Source of the DNA: Acidobacteriota bacterium
GTDB taxonomy: Bacteria > Acidobacteriota > Thermoanaerobaculia > Gp7-AA8
Assembly: GCA_019244185.1 (NCBI GenBank)
Contig: JAFATB010000025.1
Coordinates: 1 to 64,000, forward strand
Reading direction: 5' to 3'
Length of the DNA: 64,000 nt
Below, piece by piece: positions 8,071 to 17,201 of this stretch (the first letter of the stretch is position 1; each line of letters opens with the position of its first letter). The notes under the pieces are model-generated. The model did not search any database, was not told where the DNA came from, and saw nothing but the letters and a program-made list of their open reading frames with translations. The translations under genes were made by a program, and so were the position numbers.

Positions 8071-9669
8071 TTACTGCAGCGACAACAGCACGAGAATCTC
8101 GCCGGTGCCCGACGCCAGCGGCTCGAGTGCTTTGCCGACGATGGTGCCGGGCTGGTGAAAGGCGCGGCCTCCGACTTCGATCGGGATCGATTTCATGGCC
8201 GTGCCGGCGACGTCGCTGCTGACCAGCAGGTCGCCGACTTCGATCGGAGCGCGGCGGGCATCCACTTTGACGCGCACGCGGCCGGTGGTTGCGATCATTT
8301 CCTTCGTCGCGCCGGCCTCGCCGAGGACGACGCCGGGGTGCGCGGAGACGACGCCGGCGACGGCCGTGTCATAGGCGTGCGACGACGCGGCGACTTCATT
8401 GACGCGACCGCGCGCCAGCACCACGACGGTACCGACCTCGAGGTCGGCGGCGGCGGGAACCCATTCGGCGACGTCCTGGTATTTCGCGGCGATGTTTCCG
8501 GTGATGTCCACCGAGCCGTTGACCTTGAGGCGGGTCGCCGTTTCGGCGGCATTGTCGCCGATGGTCGTGAGACCGCTCACGTACATGTCGGCGCGGGTCT
8601 GGGAGACGCCGGTCGAGTTCGTGGCCGCTTTGACCCAGAACGTCTCCTTGTTCTCGACCGCCGACAAGCCGCGGAAGTAGTACTTGTCGTAGTTGGGGAA
8701 CGTCGGGTTGAAGTGATAGTAGATCTGCGAGTCGAAGTTGATGTCTTTCTGCGTGTAATAGCCGAGCGTGAACGCCTGGAATTTCGTCGTCGCGGGCGAG
8801 CCGACCTCGTCGTCGGAACGCGCGTTGTAGAACGTCACGCGATTGTTGTTCGTCCCGGCGCTGTCGCGCGGATTCACGATCCGCACCTCGTGCACGACGT
8901 TCCCGCTGATGGAGGACGATTCGTGGTACGAGGTCCGTCCGCTGAAGTAGTTCGTGCCGCGCAGACGGGTGTCGCCATTGGAGCCGACGCGGAGCAGTTC
9001 GTTCTGATTGCTGTCATACACTGCAAAGCCGCCGGTGCCGGCGGAATCGCCAGCCTTCAGGATGGTCCACGGAGTGGCGGCTCTCGCCACACCGACGAAA
9101 CCTGCGCTCGACCACGGGCTGGCCGCATCGAGGAACAGATCGCCGGCGGTTCCGGACGTCGTGACGTTGGTCTGCGGCGCACCCGGACGCAACGGCACGA
9201 CGGCGGCCTGCATTTTCTGCGCGGACGTCGTCGCGCCCGTCGTCGTCTCATCGGTCGGGTCGACCACGGTACCGGGGCGGACGTAATAGCCTTCAATGTC
9301 GACGGCGACGTTCTCCGTCATCGCGACGGGAAACGACGCCACCGCTCCTGCCGGAAAGCGCACCAGCGGGCCGGGCGTGCCCGGCGTGGGTGCGACATGC
9401 GGAATAGCGCGCGTCATGGACGTCACGCGGACCGCGTACGCGATCGCACTGGCGGGCACCAGACGGCCGCAGCGCGTCGACGCGATGTTGAGGCGGCGTG
9501 TGGTTTCATCCGACGAACTATCGGGCGCATCGACGCGCGTATCGACCAGGCGGCACGGCGCGATCGCAACGAAGCGGTCGGAGGCGGCACTGGCCGTTTC
9601 CTGTGCAAACGAGTTCAATGCAACGGCACAGACGGCCGTCAGAAGCAGCGCTTTCGGCTTCATGGACAT
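8071..9669 (-). CDS. Secreted protein with N-terminal PCRLVDTR module and C-terminal peptidase G2/intramolecular-chaperone-like domain
   Basis: Start moved to ATG 9669 (MSMKPKALLLTAVCAVALNSFA, GGGGA upstream); FVAIAPCRLVDTR; C-terminal AKYQDVAEW...GTVVVL...VAGVVS...GRVRVKVD...GDLLVSS...GTIVGKALE. Confidence 0.75.
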   Translation of the reverse strand: MSMKPKALLLTAVCAVALNSFAQETASAASDRFVAIAPCRLVDTRVDAPDSSSDETTRRLNIASTRCGRLVPASAIAYAVRVTSMTRAIPHVAPTPGTPGPLVRFPAGAVASFPVAMTENVAVDIEGYYVRPGTVVDPTDETTTGATTSAQKMQAAVVPLRPGAPQTNVTTSGTAGDLFLDAASPWSSAGFVGVARAATPWTILKAGDSAGTGGFAVYDSNQNELLRVGSNGDTRLRGTNYFSGRTSYHESSSISGNVVHEVRIVNPRDSAGTNNNRVTFYNARSDDEVGSPATTKFQAFTLGYYTQKDINFDSQIYYHFNPTFPNYDKYYFRGLSAVENKETFWVKAATNSTGVSQTRADMYVSGLTTIGDNAAETATRLKVNGSVDITGNIAAKYQDVAEWVPAAADLEVGTVVVLARGRVNEVAASSHAYDTAVAGVVSAHPGVVLGEAGATKEMIATTGRVRVKVDARRAPIEVGDLLVSSDVAGTAMKSIPIEVGGRAFHQPGTIVGKALEPLASGTGEILVLLSLQ

Positions 9670-9799
9670 GAGTTCCCCACAGGCCGTCGCGAGACGGCGC
9701 ATCTCTCGAGCAAATTTTCGTTGTCTTGTCGGAGCGGACCTGACGGCGGAGATGATACAGGGAACTACAAGAGCGAGCAATAACTTTTTCAGAATTTCG

Positions 9800-12340
9800 T
9801 CATTTCATCAGAATTCCGCGCACGCTTCCCGACACGAGTGCGGCGATGTCCGTGAGGATGAGCGGGAGGCGGAGGCCGCCGGGGCTGGCGAGGAAAATCG
9901 GTTCCCAGACGGGGTCGAATTTCTGTTTGTACTGGCGCAGGCCCTGGAAATTGTAGAAGTGGCCTCCGTGCTCGAAGCCTAACGCTGCGACGCGGCTCCA
10001 CAATGGGCCTTGTGCGCGCGCTTCGAGTCCACTGAGCGGGGCCATGCCGAGGTTGAACCAGCGGTAATTCAGCGACTGCGCGTGCAGGATGAGATTGACG
10101 AAGAGGAAATCCATGACGCCGCTCGGTGCGGCAGTGGAATGTCGCATGAGATCGACGGTCAATTCTTCGTGCACATCGTCGCCCCATAGATTCGCGAATG
10201 CGACGAGCTCCTCGCGATAGCGAATCAATGCAACCGGCAGGCGTTGCATGTAGGCGTCGTCGAAAAAGCCGAGCGAGAAACGTTTCTCGCGCGTATTGCG
10301 CGTCGACAGCCAGTCGTTCGACACGCGGCGCAATTCGGGAAGCATGGCGCTCGCAGCTTCGGCGGAAATCACCTCGAAGGTCGTGCCTTCGGTCTCGAGA
10401 CGCTTCACGGTATGACGCAGGCTTTTGCGATCGCGTCCGGCGAGCGTGAAGCCCGCGGTCGCGACGCGCGCTTCTTCGCCGAGCTTCATGAGGCGCAAGC
10501 CCAATTCGATATAGAGCGGCAGAAGCGGCGTGCGCACCTGATAGAAGACCGGCCAGCCATTGTGGCGGTCGGCTTCCTCGAAAAAGCGCCACGCGAGCTC
10601 GTGCGCATCCGCGGGCGGGCCGATCGGATCGCCCATGGCCACCCAACTGCGGCGCTGTACGCCGTACATAAGAAATGCGCTGCGCGGCTCATTGAAGAGC
10701 AGCGACTTGTCATTGAGCAGCACGAGATAGCCGGCCGGCGCGCAGCGGCCGCGCGCGATCTCGGTCGCGCGGTCGAGCTCCTGCGACACGACGGGCGGCG
10801 GTGGCGCGACGGCGGGATGCAGCAGCTTGCGCGCGGAGAACGCCAACGCGACCGCGGCCGCGGCGAGACTCGCGCGCAAGAAGCGCGGCGCGTCGCCGCT
10901 GAAGCTGAAGTGCCACCAGAGCTCCGGCGAATACGCAATGCGGCGGTACGCGAAGAAGCCGAGCCACATCGTCGACAGCACCGTGAGCCCGATCGCGGTC
11001 GCCCACCCCGGCGTGAACGGCTCGTCGAGCAACGCGGTCTTGCGATAGAAGTGGCGGCGGCACGGCACGATCGCGACGACGGTGATGCCGAGGAGGCACG
11101 CCTCTTCCCAATCGAGGCCCTTGAGTAACGACGCCATCATGCCGGCGACGAGCAACGTCACCGACAACGCATATGCGCCGTTCAAGCGCCGCTGCAGTCC
11201 GCGCGCGAGCAACAGCAGTCCCGCGCCGGCCATGCTGCCGACGAGATGCGCGACTTCGACGAGCGGCAGCGGCACCGCGGCTTTCAGCGCGTAGACGCGG
11301 TCGCGTTCCGCGGGCGTCGCGCCCGAGATCAGCAGAATCACGCCGTCGATGAAGATCGCGACGGAGAAGACGCTCGGCACGAACAGCGACACGGTGCGCG
11401 CGAGGCCGCGGCCGAACGCGCTCAGCTGCGTGCGCCGCCGCAGCACTTCCTGCGCGCCGAGAAGGGCGCCGGCGACGAAGAGCGGCAGGACGTAATAGAG
11501 CGCGCGATACGCGACGAGCGCGCCGGCGAGCGTGCCCGCGCCGAGGGCGGGGCCGAGGAGGGAGAACACCGCGGCCTCGAACACGCCGACGCCACCGGGA
11601 ACGTTGCTGACGACGCCGAGGACTTGCGCGGCGAGGAAGACCGCGAGCGTCGTCGCGAACGAAACGCGCGACTGCGGCAGCAGCGCGTAGAACACGAGCG
11701 CGGCGCAGAACCAGTCGGCGATCGACAGTGCGAACTGCAACGCCGCGAGGCGCGTGTGCGGCACGGCGAAGCGTCCGATCTCTTTCCGCCTCGACAGTAC
11801 GAGCGCGGCGTAGATGACCGGCAGAATCAGCAGCACCGGGCCGAGCCACGGCACGACCCGCAGCCGGTGCAGCGTCAGCACGCTGCCGGCGAGACTCAGG
11901 AAGCCGAGCCAGAACGTGGCGACGCTGAACGCGATCACGCGCGCGGCGTCCGCACCGCTGAGCCCCCACGACGTGTACAGCCGATAGCGCAGCGAGCCGC
12001 CGGCGATGCCGGAGAGTCCGACGGTGTTGCTGACCGCGGCGGAGACGAACGACGCGAACGCCGTCTTGCGCAGCGGCAGATCGTGGCCGCCGTAGTGCGC
12101 GCCGAGGGCGTCGTAGCCGGCGAGCGCGAGATAGCTGGCGGCGGTCGCGGCGAGCGCGAGCGCGACCTGCGACGGCACGAGGCGCCCGATGTACGCCGCA
12201 ACCTCGTGCAGGTGAAAGTGCCGCAGCTCGCTGAAGATCACGCGCAGCGCGATGAGGAACAGCGCCGCGCGCGCGACCGGCCACGCGTAGCGCGCGAGCT
12301 GCAGCGAGACGCGCCGCTCCGTATCCGACAGCGCAGTCAT
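9800..12340 (-). CDS. mprF: Bifunctional lysyl-phosphatidylglycerol flippase/synthetase MprF (LpiA)
   Basis: 846 aa; polytopic N-terminal domain (VPGGVGVFE, YRALYY); synthetase motifs MGDPIG, KLGEEA, VDLMRH, NLGMAPL, FYNFQGLRQYKQKFDPVWEP. Confidence 0.95.
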   Translation of the reverse strand: MTALSDTERRVSLQLARYAWPVARAALFLIALRVIFSELRHFHLHEVAAYIGRLVPSQVALALAATAASYLALAGYDALGAHYGGHDLPLRKTAFASFVSAAVSNTVGLSGIAGGSLRYRLYTSWGLSGADAARVIAFSVATFWLGFLSLAGSVLTLHRLRVVPWLGPVLLILPVIYAALVLSRRKEIGRFAVPHTRLAALQFALSIADWFCAALVFYALLPQSRVSFATTLAVFLAAQVLGVVSNVPGGVGVFEAAVFSLLGPALGAGTLAGALVAYRALYYVLPLFVAGALLGAQEVLRRRTQLSAFGRGLARTVSLFVPSVFSVAIFIDGVILLISGATPAERDRVYALKAAVPLPLVEVAHLVGSMAGAGLLLLARGLQRRLNGAYALSVTLLVAGMMASLLKGLDWEEACLLGITVVAIVPCRRHFYRKTALLDEPFTPGWATAIGLTVLSTMWLGFFAYRRIAYSPELWWHFSFSGDAPRFLRASLAAAAVALAFSARKLLHPAVAPPPPVVSQELDRATEIARGRCAPAGYLVLLNDKSLLFNEPRSAFLMYGVQRRSWVAMGDPIGPPADAHELAWRFFEEADRHNGWPVFYQVRTPLLPLYIELGLRLMKLGEEARVATAGFTLAGRDRKSLRHTVKRLETEGTTFEVISAEAASAMLPELRRVSNDWLSTRNTREKRFSLGFFDDAYMQRLPVALIRYREELVAFANLWGDDVHEELTVDLMRHSTAAPSGVMDFLFVNLILHAQSLNYRWFNLGMAPLSGLEARAQGPLWSRVAALGFEHGGHFYNFQGLRQYKQKFDPVWEPIFLASPGGLRLPLILTDIAALVSGSVRGILMK

Positions 12341-12984
12341 GGCGCGGGCAACGCGTCGAGGATCGCGCGCGCGATCGCGCGGTACGCGCCTCCGAAGTGA
12401 TGTCCGCCCGGCGTGCGGATCGACGCCGCCTCATCCGGCGGCAGGGTGGGACAGAGGCTCACCTCCCCTTCCTCGGCGCCGTGAAAGCAGAGCAGGCGCA
12501 CGCCGCGGCTCGCATGCACGAGCGGCGCGAGCAGCACTTCCGGCGGCGCGGGATCGAGGCCGAAGAGCCACCAGCGCCGCACGCGCAGCTCGGCCGTTTT
12601 CTCGGGTCCGAGCATCGCCGCGAGCGCGATCTTCGCGCGCGCCTCCGGCGTCATCTGCGACAGCGCGATCGGCACCGCCTCCGCGCCGCGCGAGTAGCCG
12701 ATGACGACCGGCTTGGCCTTCCGCCACTTCGCTCCGTACGCCGCGATCACCGACTGCACATCGCGCGCGACTTCCTCCGGCGTCCGCTCGGTTTCGAAGT
12801 AGCGGTTCGACAGAAAGCCGACGACCGGGATGCCGTGCGCGTTGATCTCGCGCGCGAGCTCGATGTCGATCTTCCGCCAGCCGCCGTCGCCGGTGAGCAG
12901 CACGACAAAATACGGCGTCGCCGTCGGCGTCACCGGCTTTTCGATGAGGGGCAGATGGATGGCGAAGAGGAGCGCCGCGATCAC
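12337..12984 (-). CDS. AcvB/VirJ-family lysyl-PG hydrolase (single alpha/beta-hydrolase domain)
   Basis: TGDGGW, GYSRGA nucleophile elbow, GGHHFGG; coupled to mprF (ATGA). Confidence 0.85.
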   Translation of the reverse strand: MIAALLFAIHLPLIEKPVTPTATPYFVVLLTGDGGWRKIDIELAREINAHGIPVVGFLSNRYFETERTPEEVARDVQSVIAAYGAKWRKAKPVVIGYSRGAEAVPIALSQMTPEARAKIALAAMLGPEKTAELRVRRWWLFGLDPAPPEVLLAPLVHASRGVRLLCFHGAEEGEVSLCPTLPPDEAASIRTPGGHHFGGAYRAIARAILDALPAP

Positions 12985-13658
12985 TTCAGCTCCTCGAGGA
13001 TCCGCGCCGCGATCGCGTCGTACTTGCCGTCGAAGTGATGTCCGCCATGCAAGGTCAGATCACGCGCGATGGTGCCGTCGAGTTGCGTGCAGAGGCTGTC
13101 CGTCTCGGCGTCGCCGTGCACGCAGAGCACGCGCATGCCGCGTAACTTGCGCGCTTCCGGCAGCGTCGGAAGGCCGTGCGGATCGCGGAGCCAGTCGGCC
13201 ATGTGAAACTGAAACGTCGCCTCGGTGCTCGGCGCGAGCATCGCCACGAGGCGGATGTTGCGGCGCGCGTCCGCGCTCATGCGCGGCACCGCGAACGGCA
13301 GCGCGTCGGCGCCGCGCGAGTAGCCGATCAGCACGACCTGCTCGCGTCCCCATTTCGCGCGATACGCGGCGATGACGCGCGCGAGATCGTTCGCGATCTC
13401 GTCGGGCTTCCGTTCGTGCCAGAAGTACTGCAGCGAGTTGATGCCGACCACCGGGATGCCGCGCGCGGCGAGCGCGTTCGCGATGGATTTATCGATGGCC
13501 GCCCAGCCGCCGTCACCGGAGATCAGGACTGCCATCACGGGGGCGGGCGCGCCGTGCGCCGCCACTTCGACGAGCGGCAGATCGTTGAGGACGGTTGTGG
13601 ACAGGAGGACCAGGAACGCTACAGTAGACACCGGCGGCGATTCTCGTCCGTCCAACAT
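12981..13658 (-). CDS. AcvB/VirJ-family lysyl-PG hydrolase (second paralogue)
   Basis: SGDGGW, SLQYFW, GYSRGAD, GGHHFDGKY; true start may be GTG at 13631. Confidence 0.85.
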   Translation of the reverse strand: MLDGRESPPVSTVAFLVLLSTTVLNDLPLVEVAAHGAPAPVMAVLISGDGGWAAIDKSIANALAARGIPVVGINSLQYFWHERKPDEIANDLARVIAAYRAKWGREQVVLIGYSRGADALPFAVPRMSADARRNIRLVAMLAPSTEATFQFHMADWLRDPHGLPTLPEARKLRGMRVLCVHGDAETDSLCTQLDGTIARDLTLHGGHHFDGKYDAIAARILEELK

Positions 13659-13672
13659 GACGCGGAGATGAA

Positions 13673-14347
13673 ATGCGGGCGCTGATCGTGGAAGACGACG
13701 AACGGTTGCGCAACATCGTGCGCCGCTCGCTCACGCGCCTCAACCTCGCGTGCGACGAAGCGGGCTCGCTCGAGGAAGCGGACGAGCTCACCGGACTGCA
13801 CGAGTACGACGTGATCGTCCTCGACCGCCGCCTCCCCGACGGCGACGGCATCGCGCTCTGCCGCGCGCTGCGCACGCGCGGCTTCGGCAACGGCATCCTC
13901 ATGCTCACCGCGCTCGACGACGCGCGCTCGACCGTCGACGGGCTCGAACAAGGCGCCGACGATTACCTCGGCAAGCCGTTCGACGTCGAGGTGCTCGAAG
14001 CGCGCGTGAAAGCCTTGTTGCGGCGCAACGAGCGGCGTCCGACCACGGCTCTCGTCTCCGGCCATCTCAAGCTCGATCCCGCGCGGCACACGCTCGAACG
14101 CGAAGGCGTGCCGATCTCGCTCACCGCGCGCGAGCTGCGTCTGCTCGAAACGCTCATGCGCGCGCCGGGCGCGATCGTCGGACGCGAGGATCTGATGGAG
14201 CAGGCGTGGGGCGAGCGCGAGGAGCCGATGAGCAACACGATCGACGTGCACATCGCGCGGCTTCGTCGCAAGCTCGAAGCGGCCGGCGAACGCGACGCGA
14301 TCGAGACCGTGCGCGGCGTCGGATATCGCATGCGAGGCGGCGCGTGA
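13673..14347 (+). CDS. OmpR/PhoB-family response regulator
   Basis: LIVEDD, LDRRLPDGDG, GADDYLGKPF, winged-helix ETVRGVGY. Confidence 0.95.
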   Translation: MRALIVEDDERLRNIVRRSLTRLNLACDEAGSLEEADELTGLHEYDVIVLDRRLPDGDGIALCRALRTRGFGNGILMLTALDDARSTVDGLEQGADDYLGKPFDVEVLEARVKALLRRNERRPTTALVSGHLKLDPARHTLEREGVPISLTARELRLLETLMRAPGAIVGREDLMEQAWGEREEPMSNTIDVHIARLRRKLEAAGERDAIETVRGVGYRMRGGA

Positions 14348-15786
14348 TGCGCCCGCGCGACCGCAAGGCCCGCACGCGCATCGTCGTCACCGGCACGCTG
14401 GCGACGTTCGCCGTGCTGGCCGCGTTCGCGATCGCGGCGCGCATCGCCACGCGCGTGCTCATGCTGGCCGACCTCGACGACGAGCTCGAAACGCTCTCCA
14501 TCGCCATCGCCTCCGATCTCGAGCTGCGCGGCACGGCGACCGTCGCGCACGAGTCACTGCGGCACGGCGTCGAGACGAACGCGTTCGTCTACCGCCTCGA
14601 ACATCACGCGGCCGTGCTCTTCGACGCGCATGGCGTCCTCGCCGCGACGGGCGAGCTGGGACACCTCGCGCGTCATTCGAATCTCCTCGAGTTTCAGCGC
14701 CGCGACGAACAGCCGTTCACGGGGCGCGAGCCGTTCACCGGACAGCAGCGGCTCTGCCGCTTCCGCGTCACGCACCTGCGCGAGCACGCCGCGGGCGCGA
14801 CGCTGCTCATCTTCCGGTCGATCGAGACGATCTCGCGCACGCTGGATATCGTCGACGGCGCGCTCGCGCTGCTCGTCTTCGGCGGCTCGCTCGCGTCGGC
14901 GCTCATTCTGCGTTACGCCGTCGGCCGCGCGCTGCTGCCGGTCGAACAGGTGACGGCGTTCGCCGAGCGGATCACCGCCAGCGACCTCGCGCAGCGCGTG
15001 GAGGTCGCGGCGGCGGGCGAAGAGTTCCAGCGTTTGGCGGACGTCATCAACTCACTGCTCGAACGCCTCGATCGCTCGTTCGACGCGCAGCGGCGGCTCG
15101 TCGCCGATGCCGCGCACGAGCTCAAGACGCCCGCGGCGGTGATCGCGGCGGAAGCGCAGGAGCTCGCGCGCGGTCGGCTCTCGGAAGACGAGTCGCAGGA
15201 GAGCCTGCGCATGATCGCGCGCGCGGCGGCGGGACTCGCGCACGAGGTCGACGATCTGCTCGAGCTCGCGCGCGGCGATGCGGCGCAGCGGCGGCAGTGG
15301 GAGACGTTCGACGTCGACGAGGCGCTCGACGAATCGGTGGCCATGGCCGTGTCGCCCGCGCGCGAGCGCGGCGTGATCATCATGCGCGACGGCCGCGCCG
15401 CGTGCCGCGTGCACGGCGATCGCGCGGGCTTCGTCCGCGCGATCGGCAACCTCGTCGCGAATGCCGTGCGCTACGGCCCGCGCGACAGCGAAGTGCGCGC
15501 CACGGCGCGCGTCACCGAACACGCGTGTGAGATCGACGTCGCCGATCGCGGACCGGGAATCCCGGAGGCGGAGCGCGCGCGCATCTTCGAACGCTTCGTC
15601 CGCCTCAGCTCCGCGCGGAAGGAGCATCCCGAAGGCGCGGGCCTCGGACTGGCGATCGTCGAGCAGATCGTGCAGGCGCACGGCGGCGCGATCGAGGTGC
15701 TCGACCGCGAAGGAGGCGGCGCGCTCTTCCGCGTGCGCTTTCCGCGCGCCGCCACCGAACCTCCGCAGGAACCGGTTGTCGCTTAG
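14347..15786 (+). CDS. HAMP-domain sensor histidine kinase
   Basis: Real start ATG 14347 (TGATG overlap); two TM segments, HAMP, H-box DAAHELKTP, N-box NLVANAVRY, DRGPGI, GAGLGL. Confidence 0.92.
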   Translation: MRPRDRKARTRIVVTGTLATFAVLAAFAIAARIATRVLMLADLDDELETLSIAIASDLELRGTATVAHESLRHGVETNAFVYRLEHHAAVLFDAHGVLAATGELGHLARHSNLLEFQRRDEQPFTGREPFTGQQRLCRFRVTHLREHAAGATLLIFRSIETISRTLDIVDGALALLVFGGSLASALILRYAVGRALLPVEQVTAFAERITASDLAQRVEVAAAGEEFQRLADVINSLLERLDRSFDAQRRLVADAAHELKTPAAVIAAEAQELARGRLSEDESQESLRMIARAAAGLAHEVDDLLELARGDAAQRRQWETFDVDEALDESVAMAVSPARERGVIIMRDGRAACRVHGDRAGFVRAIGNLVANAVRYGPRDSEVRATARVTEHACEIDVADRGPGIPEAERARIFERFVRLSSARKEHPEGAGLGLAIVEQIVQAHGGAIEVLDREGGGALFRVRFPRAATEPPQEPVVA

Positions 15787-16208
15787 TGCTTCGAAGTCGT
15801 GGTGGCGACCGTCGTCTTCGACGCGGCGACGGTGGACTTCGACGCCGCAGCGCCCGTCTTCGCGGTCGTGGTCGTCGTCACCTTTGCGGGAGTCGTCTTC
15901 ACAACCACCGGCTTCGCGGGCGCGGGCTTCGCGGCCACGGCGTGCGGCGTCGTGACGATCGACGTCGCCACGTTCTTGCCGTCGCGCACCATGTAGCGCG
16001 CGGTGGCGTTCTCGCCGATGGCGAGCTTCGGTCCGCTGAGCTGCGTCGCGGCGTTCCAGACGAGCGACGTGGTGTGGCCGGCGGCGTCTTTCAACGCGAC
16101 GGTATGCGCGGTCTGCTGCACGGCGATGACGTGACCCGTCACGCTCTGTCCGTGCGGAGCGTTGGCGGCGGTGGTGGCGGCGAAGATGGCGATGAGCGCG
16201 AGTTTCAT
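15783..16208 (-). CDS. Small secreted hypothetical protein (OB-fold-like core, Lys/Thr/Ala-rich tail)
   Basis: MKLALIAIFAATTAANA signal; SVTGHVIAV...; low-complexity C-terminus. Confidence 0.6.
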   Translation of the reverse strand: MKLALIAIFAATTAANAPHGQSVTGHVIAVQQTAHTVALKDAAGHTTSLVWNAATQLSGPKLAIGENATARYMVRDGKNVATSIVTTPHAVAAKPAPAKPVVVKTTPAKVTTTTTAKTGAAASKSTVAASKTTVATTTSKH

Positions 16209-16265
16209 GGATTGCGTCCTTTCGCCGCGCATCGTGGCGCAGCGCGAATGAACGCAAGATGACGG

Positions 16266-17201
16266 CTACTCGCCGAGCGGATATTCGAGCTCGCCGAGGA
16301 AGCGCGTGTCCTCGCGCCAGCCCTCGTGCACCGCGACGTGCAGGTCGAGATACACCTTCGCGCCGAGGATCGCCTCGAGCTCCGCGCGCGCCTCGGAACC
16401 GATGCGCTTGATCATCGCGCCCTGCTTGCCGACGACGATCCCCTTCTGCGAGTCGCGTTCGACGTACACCGTCGCGAAGATGTTGATGCGCTCGGAGTCT
16501 TCTTCTTCCTCCCAGCGCTCGACGGCCACGGCGGTCGTGTACGGCAACTCGTCGGACGTGTGCTGCAACACTTTCTCACGCACGAGCTCCGCGGCGAGGA
16601 AACGTTCGGGCTGCGTGGTGTAGTCCTCGGTCGGATAGAGCGCGGGACCTTCCTTCGCGTTCGCGAAGAAGAGATCGACGAGCGTGTCGAGCCCCTCGCC
16701 TTTCCCCGCGGAGATCGGCACGATCTCGTCGAAGAGGCCGAAGCCGGCGTACTGCTGCATGAGCGGCAGCAGCTTGTGCTTCTTCAGCAGATCGATCTTG
16801 TTGAGCAGCACGAAGCGCTTCGCATCGGGATTCCGCTCGCGTTCCTCGCGAATGAGCTCGATAACGTACTGATCGCCTTTGCCGAACGGTTCGGTCGCGT
16901 CGACGAGCAGCGCGATGACGTCCGCCTCGGAGAGCGACGAGCGCACGTGATCCATCATCCGCACGTTCAGCTTGTGCAGCGGGCGATGCACGCCGGGCGT
17001 GTCGAGGAATGCGAGCTGGCCGCGCTCGTCGTTGAGGATGCCGACGATGCGGTTGCGCGTCGTCTGCGGCTTCGCGGAGACGATCGAGACCTTTTGGCCG
17101 AGGATGCGGTTGAGCAGCGTCGACTTCCCGGCGTTCGGGCGGCCGACGAAGGCGATGACGCCGAACTTGCGATGGCTTGCGTCGCGCGGCGCGTCAGACA
17201 T
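16266..17201 (-). CDS. era: GTPase Era
   Basis: GRPNAGKSTL, KPQTTR, DTPG, NKID, KH domain VERDSQKGIVVGKQG. Confidence 0.97.
   Translation of the reverse strand: MSDAPRDASHRKFGVIAFVGRPNAGKSTLLNRILGQKVSIVSAKPQTTRNRIVGILNDERGQLAFLDTPGVHRPLHKLNVRMMDHVRSSLSEADVIALLVDATEPFGKGDQYVIELIREERERNPDAKRFVLLNKIDLLKKHKLLPLMQQYAGFGLFDEIVPISAGKGEGLDTLVDLFFANAKEGPALYPTEDYTTQPERFLAAELVREKVLQHTSDELPYTTAVAVERWEEEEDSERINIFATVYVERDSQKGIVVGKQGAMIKRIGSEARAELEAILGAKVYLDLHVAVHEGWREDTRFLGELEYPLGE

Noticed and set aside
8071-9669. Prophage remnant because of the spike-like domain
   Set aside because: The protein has a Sec signal peptide and no capsid, terminase, tail or integrase genes are nearby.
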